From Eledone cirrhosa (lineage: Eukaryota), in NCBI GenBank assembly GCA_964016885.1, contig OZ024743.1, positions 15,872,001 through 15,936,000 on the forward strand: 64,000 nt of DNA, in the 5' to 3' direction. Below the pieces are notes generated by a model. That model was given only the letters and a program-made list of their open reading frames with translations. It was not told where the DNA came from and ran no database searches. The position numbers and the translations under genes are program-made. Shown piece by piece: positions 41,460 to 53,560 of the stretch. Every line of letters begins with the position of its first letter. The first letter of the stretch is position 1.

Positions 41460-44400
41460 TTACAATAAGGTCGAGTAAAATGTAGTGGGGGGCAGCACTT
41501 CTCTCTCCACCCTCACCCTCCTTTCCAGGTGAAACTTGAAGAGGTTGATGAGGGATTGGCCGAAGAGAAAAGTATCTATCTTTAGTCCTTTCAACCTGGT
41601 CCACCATATAATCTCTTTCGCAACTGCCACCAGACAGAGGAAAATTTCCTGCTCTTCCTGACCTAAGGAAGGTGGCGGCTCGATCTTCACTATGGACTCG
41701 GCCGATAGCCGGATTCGTTCCACACGCGACAGTAGCTGTTCGACATAACTCCACAAGTCAGTAATGCACGGACATTGGACAAGTGCGTGCAGAACGGTTT
41801 CGCCGTTCTGTGCGTATCTTGGGCAGGTCCGTCTGACAGCACTTCCGTGCCTGTAGAGTTTATCCCGAACCGGCAGTGCCCCCCGGTAGCACTGCCAAGC
41901 GAGGGATTTCTGGAAATTGTTCATCGTCCCCGGCTCAAAAGTCCTCCGGTACAGACTGGTCAGTTCGACTTCGTCGAGGCCCAAAGCTTCTCCGAGTGCG
42001 TCATCGCACTTGCCCACCACTAATCCTCTATAGAACTCGAGAGTGGAAGTTCCACTGATCGCATTGCCCGCTTGGTAGAGGGCAGTGAGTGCCTGGAAAC
42101 ATTCCAGGTGCCAGTCTCGGTCTCTTCTTGACCCAGGACTGCAGCTCAGTCAAAGAAATGAGCTGCGGAAAGGCCCGTCTGATAAACGGCGACCACACTT
42201 GTTCACCATTGAGGCAGAATATCTGGAGATGTCGCAGCCTCAACGCATGTCTGCGCATCATTAGCCACGCCATGCCCAGCCCTCCGCGTAGAGGGTGCTG
42301 GCAGCAGATGGACCGCCTCACCAACGGAACTTGTCCCCTCCACAAGAATTTGAAGAGGAGCCATTCCAACTTGACGAGGCGCGGACGGGGGCAAGGCACG
42401 ACGATTAGGTGGTAGTAGATGATGGACGCGATATACGTATTCCCCACCTCCGCGGCGCGACCTTTCAATGATAGCTTCCTCCCAGCCCATTTTTGGGTGA
42501 GACTGGCTACTCTGCTCGTTACCTCGTCCCAATTTTTTTCCACCTGGAGATCTGGTCCGAACCAAACCCCGAGCAACTTTACCGGTCCGTCCGTCCAGCG
42601 CCCCACGAAGCTGTTGGACGGCATGGGCTTGTCTCTCCAGGTTCCGAGCTGCAAGCCCACCGACTTTTCCGGGTTAAGTTTGGCTCCTGTCAACCTTTCA
42701 TATTCCGTCAATAAGGTGCCGACCACCTCGATTTCTGAGGTGTTCGACACCATCACGGTGATGTCGTCCGCATAAGCCGACACCGCCTTTCCACGTCCCG
42801 GTTCGAGCGGGATGCACTGCAACAGCTCCAGCTTCCGCAGTAAAGGCTCGAGAGTCAATACGTACAGAAGGGAAGAGAGAGAGCACCCTTGACGGACCGA
42901 TCGGGAGGGCCGAAATGGTTCCGAGAGGTGGCCATTAACCTTGACCACCGAGCGTGTGCCGCTGTGCATCGCAACGATCCAGCTTCTAAAGACAGGGCCG
43001 AAGCCAGCTGCTTTGAGGACAAACTCCAGGTACCGATGGTCGACCCTATCGAATGCTTTCGATTGATCTAAATTGATCAGTGCCCCACCGAAGCCAGGTT
43101 TACACCCTACCCTCTCTATGATGTATCGCATGAGGTGGAGATTGTCGTGTATGGACCTGGCTGGGATTGCGCAAGTTTGCGCCTCCCCAACCAAATCCTC
43201 GACGACAAGCGCCAATCTCTTTGCTAACACCTTGGCCAAAATCTTAAACTCTGTGTTGAGCAGAATTATGGGCTTGAAGTTGTCTAATGTATCCCTCTTG
43301 TTCTCGTCTTTCCTTATCAGCGTCACCACTCCCCTGCTCACAGAACAGGGAATACTCCCATTCTGCTGCCAGTTGCAGTAGAGTGCTTCGAGGAGTTCGG
43401 AGAACAAGTCAGGCATATTTACGTAAAGCTCGTAGGGCAGGCGATCCAAACCGGGTGACTTGCGCCTCATGCAGCCGACAAGGGCGTCCTGAATTTCGGC
43501 TGAAGTAATCGGCCTTTCGCAGCGCTCAGCGTCGACCGTCGAGATGCGCGGCAAGCCGTCAAGGTAGGGACTGAAATCCGCTACTCTCTCTGACTCGCCA
43601 CTCTCCCTGAACAACCGAGCAAAGTGCTGGCGAAAGGCCTTACACACCGCTTGGAATCGCTTATCTCGTGTCCGTCTCGGTCCGCCAAAGACCGAATTGT
43701 GGTTTTATTACCACGCTGCGCCTCCGCCACGCGGGCCCATCGAACAGCTTTAGTTCCCTCGTTTCTCAGCGTACGCGCCTTAGCTCTGACAATGCAACCT
43801 TTGTGTTTGGTATTGAAGAAATGGTCTAATGCCATTCTCGCCGCTAGCACGTCAGTTGCGATGCCAGTACAAATAGCCTCGTCTAACTTATCTACCAGCT
43901 CCCCCTCCTTTCTATTTTTCTCTGACGCTAGTTCTTTGCTGAACTCTATCGAAGTTACTCTAATCTCTCTTTTGAGAGCACCCCACCATCTGTTGTTGAT
44001 GATCCCTCCTGTCAACTTTTGCTTAACTAAATTGTTGACTCGGTCCCTGTAAGCCTTACGTGCCGGAAATGACATGTTCAGCTTCCAGTAACCTGGTCCT
44101 AACCTACGCGTTTTATTTAGGTCGACCGTAAAGATCACAAATTTGTGATCTGAATAGGCGACCGTTTTAAAAAGTGGACAGCCCACACTATTTCTATCTA
44201 TTTTCCTAATGAAGATCCTGTCTATATACGATCTAGATGACCCCATTCGGTTGGTCCATGTCCATACTGGCACATTGGGGAAATCTAGTCGATACCTGTC
44301 AGACAGTTGGAACTGGCTGAGTAGGTGCTTGAGGCTTTTGCACCCCCCGCTCCTATCGGCTACTCCCACACATCCCAGCGTGCGTCTAAGATGCCATTCA

Positions 44401-44825
44401 AGTCCCCCGCTAACAGTAAAAGGCGAGACGTACCCAGAAAGGTCTCCAGGCGCCTAAAGAAGTCAGGTCGACCGGCCCCTGTAGGGGCCTAGACGGCCAG
44501 CAGTCTAAAGGCACCACCTTCGCTACTGCTCACATCCAAGACCACCAACTTACCGTCCGGGTCCCGGAAGATCGACCTTACCTCTAGATCCAGTCCTTTC
44601 CTAAACAGCACTGCCACCCCACCCCTCATTCCCGGCCTGCTAACAGATGCGAAGATCTGATAGTCGTCGAAAATGGGGGCTAGTGCGCGCGTGTTTGGAA
44701 ATTCTGGTCTCGCTTACGGCAATCACATCCATTTCCAGCGACCGGAGGTCGTTGAGCAGGAGACCCTGCTTCCAGCGTGACTCCAGGCCGCGCACATTTA
44801 AACTTCCTACTCTTAATATGGCCAT
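41460..44825 (-). pseudogene. Tx1-type ORF2 (APE endonuclease plus RT), frameshifted
   Basis: SLNVRGL, SET, SYIDRIF, SDH; KSPGLD, DQSKAFDRVDH, VRQGC, AYADDIT; CP...ETVLHALVQC. Confidence 0.9.
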
Positions 44826-44834
44826 ATTGGTAAG

Positions 44835-46776
44835 CTAAGAGAGAGAGAGGGAAGGTTTACTTACCTCCCGGGTCTTGTGAAGGTCGGGTCGTTCGACCTC
44901 CATGGTTGGTGGGGTTTCTTTTGGGAACCCCTTTAAAAGTCTTGATGTGGGTTTCACATTCGGGTTTCCCACGTCTTGAGGAAAGCTCTCTCGAATTTCT
45001 TTGAAGGAATTGAGTAACATTCAGACCTGAAGCAAATCTTCTGGCACGCAAAATGTGCTCATTTCAAAAACTCGCCCTCTGTTTGAATGTCCTCGCTCCC
45101 GCTAAGAGGGCCATCAGTTTATCGTTGGCCCTTCTGACAAGCACGAAGTTTTTAACATTTTGTTGGTGTGGTTTTATTGTTTTCGTTTTGGTGAAGGTGG
45201 TGGCGATGGTTTTGGTGGTGTTGTTTCGGGTATGTCTATGTTTGTTGTAGGTGTGGTGTCTGCAATTTCAGGTATTTGTGTGTTTATTTGTACTTGTGTT
45301 TGTTTAGGTTGTTTGCGTTTCGGGGATTGTGGAGGTGGTGTAGATGTTGCTGTTGGTGATGATGTTATTGGGGAAGTGTTTGCGTTAGTGGTGTCTGTAT
45401 TTTTTGTTGTGTGTGTTTTTGTGTTTTGTTGGGGCTTTTTTTTTGTGAGTTTTCTCTGTCTTTTGGCACTTTTGGGTTTTCCTTCATCTTCGCTGCTGGA
45501 AGACAAAGGGTCTGTGTCTGTGAGTGTCTCTGTGTCTGTGTGTGCGTTTATTGTTTTGTCTATGTCTATAATTGGGGGGTGGGGGTGGGAGAGCTTTCCT
45601 CGTTTTCCCCTTGGATTGGTTTTGGTGTTGGTGGTGATCCGGCTGCTTTTGATGTTGGTGTCCGTGTTTTTGTTGATGTTGTTTTTGGTGGTGGTGGTGG
45701 TGTAGCTTCCCGTGCTGACACTGGCGTTGGCAACAAAGGAGGTTTGCGACCCCCTGCATTTTTGCGCTGAGGGCAGAAGGCTTGAAGATGCGTTGCTTCC
45801 CCGCAGACGAAGCAGCGTGGCCTTCTTCCGTCAATCATTAGTTTGTTGTCCCATCCTGCAGGCGGGCAAAATCCGGGATGTTATTCATATCCTCCGTTTT
45901 CATTTGGAGAAGAATCTCCAAATCCATTCCGGACCAGTCCTCTCTCTCTGTCCTTTTGATGTCTAGGAGGGCAGTGTCTGTCCCGTCCTCGATTACGCAT
46001 CCCAGCAGCCACCATATGTTCATTCCTGGTGGGATGCTGGGAATGCGTACCTTCACTGTCCTTTTACCCATATAGGACGGATGCATGATAATGCGTTCCG
46101 TTCTGCAGGGGGTCACCGAGTGCTTAATAGCGAGGGCCTCGGTTTTGAACAGTACCGAGATGGTACCGAACTGTTTGCCTCTTGCTTTGTACTCTATGTT
46201 ACTTCCGATGTACTCCAAAGCAGCCTCTACCTCTGCTTGGCTCGCAAGTTCCACTTTTCGTGTCTGCACCGAAATACATCGAAAGAACACCGTCCTCCTT
46301 TGCATGGCCGCTATTGCCTCGTCCGGGATGGTCAGGTTTTCCCAGGACTTCTCCCGTTTAATTAGCCTCCACGCTTGGGCCAACTGTTCGTCTTTATCGC
46401 TAATATCAATATCAATATTTAATAAGCGCTTTGTTTTTGCTGCTGCTGCCGCAAATGTGGTGTTTCTGATGCTCTTATTGTTGTTGTTGTCATTCTTGCT
46501 GTTGCCACCGCCATCCTTGTTTACATTGAAGTTGTCGGTGTTATTGTCGTTATTGCTCTGAGTTGTTGTTGTGGTGGTGGTGGTGATGTCGTTTTCAGAT
46601 GATACTGCTGCTATGGCAGAAGGTTGTGATGATAGCTTTTGAGTTTTGCCTTCACATTCAGTAGAGTGGATGACAGGCATGACTGTAGCCGTCGTAGTCG
46701 TGGTGAAATCTCCAGTGGCTGCCTTTAAACTTTTGACCTGAACGTTGTTTACCGTTTCAAGGTCGAAAATTTCCAT
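44835..46776 (-). pseudogene. Tx1-type ORF1 (gag-like, zinc knuckle), frameshifted
   Basis: KVRIPSIPP; GRRPRCFVCGEATHLQAFCP; Thr/Pro-rich tail. Confidence 0.8.
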
Positions 46777-47959
46777 AATTTTCTTTTGGTGGGGAAGCGA
46801 TTTTTTTCGAAATTTTAAAAAATAAATCTGAATATTCGGGCTTAAAGCCCGAATATTGAGAGGTATCCCGCTCTTTAAATCAAGATGTGTACCTTAAGTT
46901 TCGTTAACGACAAGAAAATACAAAAAAAGACACTTTAAAACAACTTAAAGTTACGAACCTTTTCCCCCGCAGATTTGTACTGTCTTCACACATGTGCGGC
47001 CATAATAATAATAATAATAATAATAGGGAAGATACGCACATGGTGGGTAAGGTATTATGGAATCGCTCTCGTAAGTTTTTGATTTTTTACATATTTAAAA
47101 CAATTGTGATAGAATAATTCTTATTACAAATGAAACTCAGGAAGTCGCAACGCATCACATTACGGCATAGGACTCCAATATGTAATATTTAATTTTGTAC
47201 CAGAAATCTTATAGTCAGAAAAGAAAATGGCTAGAAAATAACAGCCAAATAACTTCACCACCAGCACCACCACCGCCGCCGCCACCATCACCATTACCAC
47301 AAAAAATCTAGCCAAATACAGACCAACACCATCCCTATGGCGCTGCTGTCCCATCACCACCGCCGCCGCTGCATCGTGACTACCGCCACTGTTCCCTCAC
47401 TGCTTGAGAGAGGGTGGTGATGCCGCTACACATGAAGGGGTGCGAGGAAGGTATCAAAAGATATAAATAGACTGGGTTAGTGACTCGGTCAAACAGCTAA
47501 CAACAACAACAACAACACCAAAATAATTATGTTGTAGTATCTCTAAACTCTCTCAAAATGTTTAGTTTAAACGATGTCAAATCTAAACTATAATATAATA
47601 ATTGTTTCTACGTTAGGCACAAGGCCAAATATAACCCAGTGCATTACTGGTACTTTATTTTATCGACCCCGTAAGGATGAAAGGCAAAATTAACCTCGGC
47701 GGGATTTGAACTCAGAATGGCAAGGGCCGTAACTCTATACGTCAAAGCATGGCGTCCGACTCTCTACCAATACCGCTGTAGTGGCTGAGATGGTCGCTTG
47801 GCAACTAGCAGTTGCCTCCCCTTAACAACCCTTCAGAGAGCGGAGGCAAAAATATTGACGTTGTAGGAAATTTACTAAATTATCGCATATAATAAAATGA
47901 TTGTTACATTTGATTGTTCATTTATTTATTCAACAAAGAGAAACATCCCTTTCATTTAT

Positions 47960-47970
47960 TGGCGATCCTG
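47960..47970 (+). promoter_or_regulatory. Primer-binding site, probably tRNA-Arg(ACG)
   Basis: TGGCGATCCTG is complementary to ..CAGGATCG-CCA, the 3' end of invertebrate tRNA-Arg(ACG) as I recall it. Confidence 0.6.
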
Positions 47971-48536
47971 ACGATAAAGAATGAAAACGCAGCCTATTTG
48001 AATTCGCCATTCGTTTTAACGGCAATGTGGAATGGCTTAACATTTGGAATGTTCGAATCACTTAGCGTAAGTCCATAAAATTCATAATATTCCATTTGTT
48101 GAAGCACGCATACAGACAAACACAAAAATACAACACAGAAAAAAAAAAAAAAAAAAAAAAAGAAAAAAAAAGGATTTCTCTGGATATAGAATTTTGCTTT
48201 CAACATTCTGTGGAAATTACAAATGGAGACTCAGATATTTTGTTTTCCCGCGTTCAGCTTGTCTTCTCCAATCCCAGCCATCTGATTGGCTGCATCGTGC
48301 CACATGACGGCTTCTTCATCACGGACACATTTTTAAATCAGCCATCTTGGATTTTCTTACCATTAATTTTCATAGAAAATGATTTTTGTTTATTATTAAA
48401 ATTTTATTTAGAATACTTTTTTTAAAGAAAAAAAATTAGCAGTATTTTAAAACGGCTACCACCAATTACCAGCAATCAGCAACAACACCTGGCTAACTAT
48501 TGACCAACACCAAAAATTCATCAAATACGTGACACC

Positions 48537-49334
48537 ATGAGTCAACATCATTTGCCGTCCTTCGCAGGCGACATCAAGTTGTGGTTTGCGCAGCTGGAGT
48601 GTTTCTTTGAATTAACCAAGACAAAAGAACAGCATAAGCTGAAGGTCCATATCAATGGCCTACCTGTTTCCTTGGCATTCTCGGTGAAGGACGTTGTGAC
48701 GGATTTGGACGCCGACGTTACCTACGGCTCATTAAAAAACGAAATTCTTCGCAGAAATACCAACTCGGTAGAGAGCCGTTTTCAGGAGTTGTTGGAGGAT
48801 GCTCAAATGGGTGACAGGAAGCCGATCTCCTATTTCCGACATTTGCGGGAGTTAAGCGACTCCCAGGGGATTGACACCCCCTTCATAAAGCAGCTTTTTT
48901 TCTCACGTCTACCGCCAAGTGCGCAAAGGATATTGGTTAATAGTTTAGAGAAGGAGTCGTTAGAGCAACTTGCCGCGTCCGCGGATAGGATACTTGAGGT
49001 GGACTCGAACAGCAGTCACCATAATCCTTATGTGGCTTCAGCTTGCGTCCCCCCACGCAGTTCTTCTGTGGCCGACAGCAAACTGTTGGAGTTGATTGAA
49101 GCTCTCACCAAAAAGGTAGAAGATTTGACTGTACATCACAGAGAGCCTTCTCAACGTTTGAGGTATCGTTCGCCGCCGTCCTCTATTCATCGAGCCAGCA
49201 CTGCGACACAGACAACAATAATTCTTCGTTGTGTTGGTATCATGCTAACTTCGGCAGTAGGGCACAACGTTGTCGCACGCCCTGTAATTACAAGAGATCG
49301 GGAAACGCAAAGCAGAGCCACTAGGGGCAGCTAG
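48537..49334 (+). pseudogene. gag: Gypsy Gag; C-terminal CHCC motif lies in a shifted frame
   Basis: LPSF..LWFAQLECFF, MGDRKP; CWYHANFGSRAQRCRTPC at ~49232-49285. Confidence 0.85.
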
Positions 49335-52300
49335 TGAACTCTGGGAAAAGCGACCGAACCGCCATCTTTTCGTATACGACCTGCGGTCAAAAAAATTTTT
49401 CCTTGTCGATACTGGCGCGTCACTGAGTATTTGGCCAGTCAGTTATCTCAAAAAAAGCCCAGCTGAATCAAATATAAATCTACGAGCAGTCAACCACACG
49501 GCCATTCGAACGTACGGGCAAATTTCGCTTCCTCTTCGGTTAAAAAATTTGCGGCGTGATTTGAAGTGGAAGTTTACTATCGCCGACTTGCCATACGCCA
49601 TTTTGGGAGCGGATTTTCTCCACCATTTTTCCTTGTTGGTGGACATTCGCAGACAACGCCTTTTTAGATGCTGAAACAAGCCTTTCTTTCGAGGGTTCAG
49701 AGCCGGATGTCGCCACTGTCACCCCTTCCTTTTTCTTGGCTGAAGTGGGCCACCAGTATCAAAGCCTGTTACATTCATTCCCTCAGTTGACGCAGGGAAA
49801 GTTACGAATAACTAGCCCGGATCATGCGATTGAACACTTCATATCCACTACAGGTCCACCTGTTTTCTCACGTCCTCGAAGATTATCTACAGAGAAGTTG
49901 AAAGCTGCACGTCTTGAATTCGACCACATGCTGGAATTGGGAACAATTCGGCGCTCCACAAGTCCTTGGGCATCGCCTCTACATATGGTACCTAGATCTT
50001 CTGGTGATTGGAGACCGACGGGTGACTACCGACGCTTAAACGCGATTACTGTGCCTGACCGTTATCCAATCCCGCATTTGCAGGATTTTGCATCGTCATT
50101 GCAGGGTTGCAGAATCTTTTCTAAGCTTGATTTGATCCGAGCTTATAATCAAATTCCGGTTAACAAGGAGGATATCCCAAAGACTGCTATTGCCACTCCT
50201 TTCGGATTATTCGAGTTCCTCACTATGCCTTTCGGCCTTAGAAATGCTGCAAGTACCTTCCAACGATTTATGGATGATATTACTCGGGGCCTGGATTTTG
50301 TGTACACGCATATCGATGACGTGTTGATTGCTAGTTCTTCCCCCTCATCAGCATTCAAAGCATCTGGATCTCTTATTTCGTCGTTTACAGAGATATAAGG
50401 TTCATATTAATGCTTCCAAGTTTGTTTTCGGCTCGACTTCACTAACATGTTTAGGCCATCTGATTGACGCCGATGGAATTCGACCTCTTCCTGAGAAGGT
50501 TAAGGCAGTATCGGGTTTGCCTCCGCCAAGTTCACTGCGACAATTGCGTCAATTCCTGGGCCTTGTAAATTTTTATAGGGGATTCGTACCTGGTTGTTCC
50601 AAATTGCTGTTCTCGTTGACAGAGATTTTTAAGGGTTGCCGGCGTAAGAATATGGACATTTCCTTAAATAAAACGCAGCTTGATGATTTAAAAAAAGTGA
50701 AAAAGGCGTTAGCGAACGCGTCTTTGCTCGCCCACCCAGTACCCAACGCCGAGCTATCGCTCTGTGTTGATGCTTCGGATAGCGCCGTGGGCGCAGTCTT
50801 ACAGCAGAAGTGTGATGGGGTACAGCAACCACTCGAGTTCTTTTCGAGGAAGTTAAAGCCTGCCGAAACTCGCTATAGCACCTTTGGAAGGGAGCTATTA
50901 GCAATTTATTTATCAGTGAAACATTTTGCTCATGTACTTGAAGGTAGAACATTCACCATTTTCACTGATCATAAACCTTTGACGTTTGCTCTTCGAACTA
51001 AAGCAGACAAATACTCGCCCAGATAGACGAGACATCTGGACTTCATCTCACAGTTCACGAACGACATTCAACATATTCCGGGTTCTTTGAATACAGCGGC
51101 CGATGCGCTGTCTCGCCTGCCGATCGCATCGATTTCGTCTTCCGAGGAGATAGATTTACATCGAATGGCAGCTGCCCAACCCACTCTCGAATCGTTGGAT
51201 GTTACATCCGATCTCAACTGCTGACGGACAAATACTGTGTGAGGTTTCGTTGGACTCACCACGACCTCTGGTCCCAGTGGAACATCGACGAACTGCGTTT
51301 CTCACTTTACATGGCATTTCTCACCTAGGAGTATCAGCCTCAGTAAAACTCATAACAGCCAGATTTTTCTGGCCTGATATGAGACGTGACATTGCTGCTT
51401 GGTGTCGTTCCTGTGTCGCTTGCCAACAAGCGAAAGTTCATAGACATGTTAAGGCTCCTCTCGGAACCTTCACCTGCCCCGATGCAAGATTTCGTCACAT
51501 TCATGTGGACATCGTCGGCCCGTGGCCGGTTAGTCGTGGTTTTTCGTATCTTTTGACGATTGTTGACCGTTTTTCGCGTTGGCCTGAAGCCATCCCTATA
51601 ACAGATATCACCGCTGAAACCACAGCCCGTACTCTCGTATCTTCATGGATCGCTCGTTTCGGTGTACCAACCACCATATCAACGGATCGTGGTCGTCAAT
51701 TTGAGTCTAACCTCTTCCGATAACTAACCCAAATCCTGGGGGCTACTCGAATAAGAACCACGCCTTACCACCCATTCTCAAACGGAATGGTGGAAAGATT
51801 CCACAGGCAGCTCAAAGCCTCCTTAAGGACTTCCGTTGGAGCGAGTACCTACCTATTGTGTTGTTGGGTATTCGGTCGACGGTAAAGGTGGACCTTGGGT
51901 TCTCCTCTGCCGAATTAGTTTATGGTACTCCTCTGGCGTTACCGGAGCAAATGCTGGCCCCTTTTGACCTGACTTCGCAGGACCCCGCTTCCTACGTGTC
52001 CCGGCTTCACTCTTATTTCAAGGATCTACCACCGATGGGCACTAGGAAGCAGACTGTAAAAACTGCCGTCCCAAGGGATATTGCCTTGTGGACACATGTG
52101 TTCGTTAGAGACGACGCCGTGCGACCCCCTCTTCAACGGCCGTACTCTGGACCCTATCGTGTGCTTGCTCGCACAGACAAACATTTCACACTGGACATTC
52201 GGGGTTCCAGGGAAACGGTTTCCGTTGATCGTCTCAAACGAGCAAACCTGGACAATGACACAATGACACTTGAAACTCAAATGCCCCCTTCTTTTTCTTT

Positions 52301-52412
52301 GCCACATAGGCCTATTTCTCCCCCCCCCCCCCCACCATCAACACACAAAACTACGACCCGTTCTGGGCGAAGGGTGCATTGGCCCCGTAAGCTACGCAGT
52401 AATATAAACTGA
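49300..52412 (+). pseudogene. pol: Gypsy Pol (PR, RT, RNase H, IN), disrupted
   Basis: FLVDTGAS; [24 protein letters not shown]; VDASD, RELLA, TDHKPL; H..H..C..C, VDIVGP, TDRGRQF, GPY. Confidence 0.9.
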
Positions 52413-53500
52413 ATTGTATTTTTTTTTTTTCTTCCAATTGTTTTTGCTGTATATTGCATTTTGTTACTCTTTGATTTTTGACTGCCTACGGCAGTGTCAA
52501 TATATTATATTTTTCGTAACATTACGACTGTTGTCAATTCTGACACAGTCCATTTTTTTAGTGCATTTTTATAACTATGTTACATATGGCATTTTTATTG
52601 CCTAGCAAAACATTTTTTTCTTGTTTATCGCATTTGGGGCCCCTTTATTGCGAAGAGTGTTATCTTTTCATGCATTTTGCATCTTTGACTGTACGTTTTT
52701 TTTTTTTTGTGTTAATGCTTGCCGACATGAATCTATTTATTTTTTTTAATTTGTTGATACATTCTTCTACATTTTGTAAACTACCTTCTCTTCATTGTTA
52801 ACGATTTTTCGACAAAAAATCTGCTCCGAGGTGAATGTAGTGGCTGAGATGGTCGCTTGGCAACTAGCAGTTGCCTCCCCTTAACAACCCTTCAGAGAGC
52901 GGAGGCAAAAATACATCCGGACACAGACGCAGGTTCACTCACTCTCTTTGGACAGCGGACATGAACAGACGTGGAAAGATTCGCTCCTCAAAATATTGAC
53001 GTTGTAGGAAATTTACTAAATTATCGCATTTAATAAAATGATTGTTAGATTTGATTGTTCATTTATTTATTCAACAAAGAGAAACATCCCTTTCCTTTAC
53101 TGCCAATCCACCGCTCTAAACTATAATATAATAATAATAATTGTTTTATAGTCAGAAAACAAAATGGCTAGAAAACAACCACCAAATAACCACCCCGCCA
53201 CTATCACCATCACCACTACCAACAAAATCTAGCCAAATACAGACCGGCACCATCTCTATAGTACTGCTGCCCCGTCGCCACTGTATCATCGCTACCGTCA
53301 CTATTCCCTCACTACTTAAGAGAGGGGTGGTGGTGCCGCTACACATGAAAAGAAGGTATCAAAAGATATAAATAGACTGGGTTAGTGACTTGGTCAAACA
53401 GCTAACAACAACACCAAAATAATTATGTTGTTATATCTCTAAACTCTCTCAAAATGTTTAGTTTAAACGATGTCAAATCTAAACTATAATATAATAATAA

Positions 53501-53560
53501 TAAGTGCTTCTGCTTTTGGCACGGGGCCAGCAATTGTCCCGGTGTGTTGCTGGTGCTTTA
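53501..53560 (-). mobile_element. SINE 3' fragment with 8 A-to-G changes on the plus strand
   Basis: Aligned by hand to 13564-13624: 11 differences in 60 nt, 8 of them A>G. Confidence 0.85.

Larger units (their letters stand above)
41394..47001 (-). mobile_element. Tx1/L1-clade non-LTR retrotransposon, full length, frameshifted
   Basis: ORF1 with CCHC; ORF2 APE-RT-Cys; AATAAA-type 3' end; (ATT)n on both sides in element orientation. Confidence 0.9.
47777..53099 (+). mobile_element. Ty3/Gypsy LTR retrotransposon, CsRN1/Kabuki-like
   Basis: LTRs 47777-~47958 and 52836-~53099; primer-binding site (PBS) TGGCGATCCTG at 47960; gag-PR-RT-RH-IN order; probable TSD CCGC/CTGC. Confidence 0.93.
47600..53114 (-). 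mobile_element. SINE split by the Gypsy insertion (47600-47776 and 53100-53114)
   Basis: ..CTACCAATACCGC | Gypsy | CTGCCAATCCACCGC; TSD TCTAAACTATAATATA on both sides. Confidence 0.85.
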
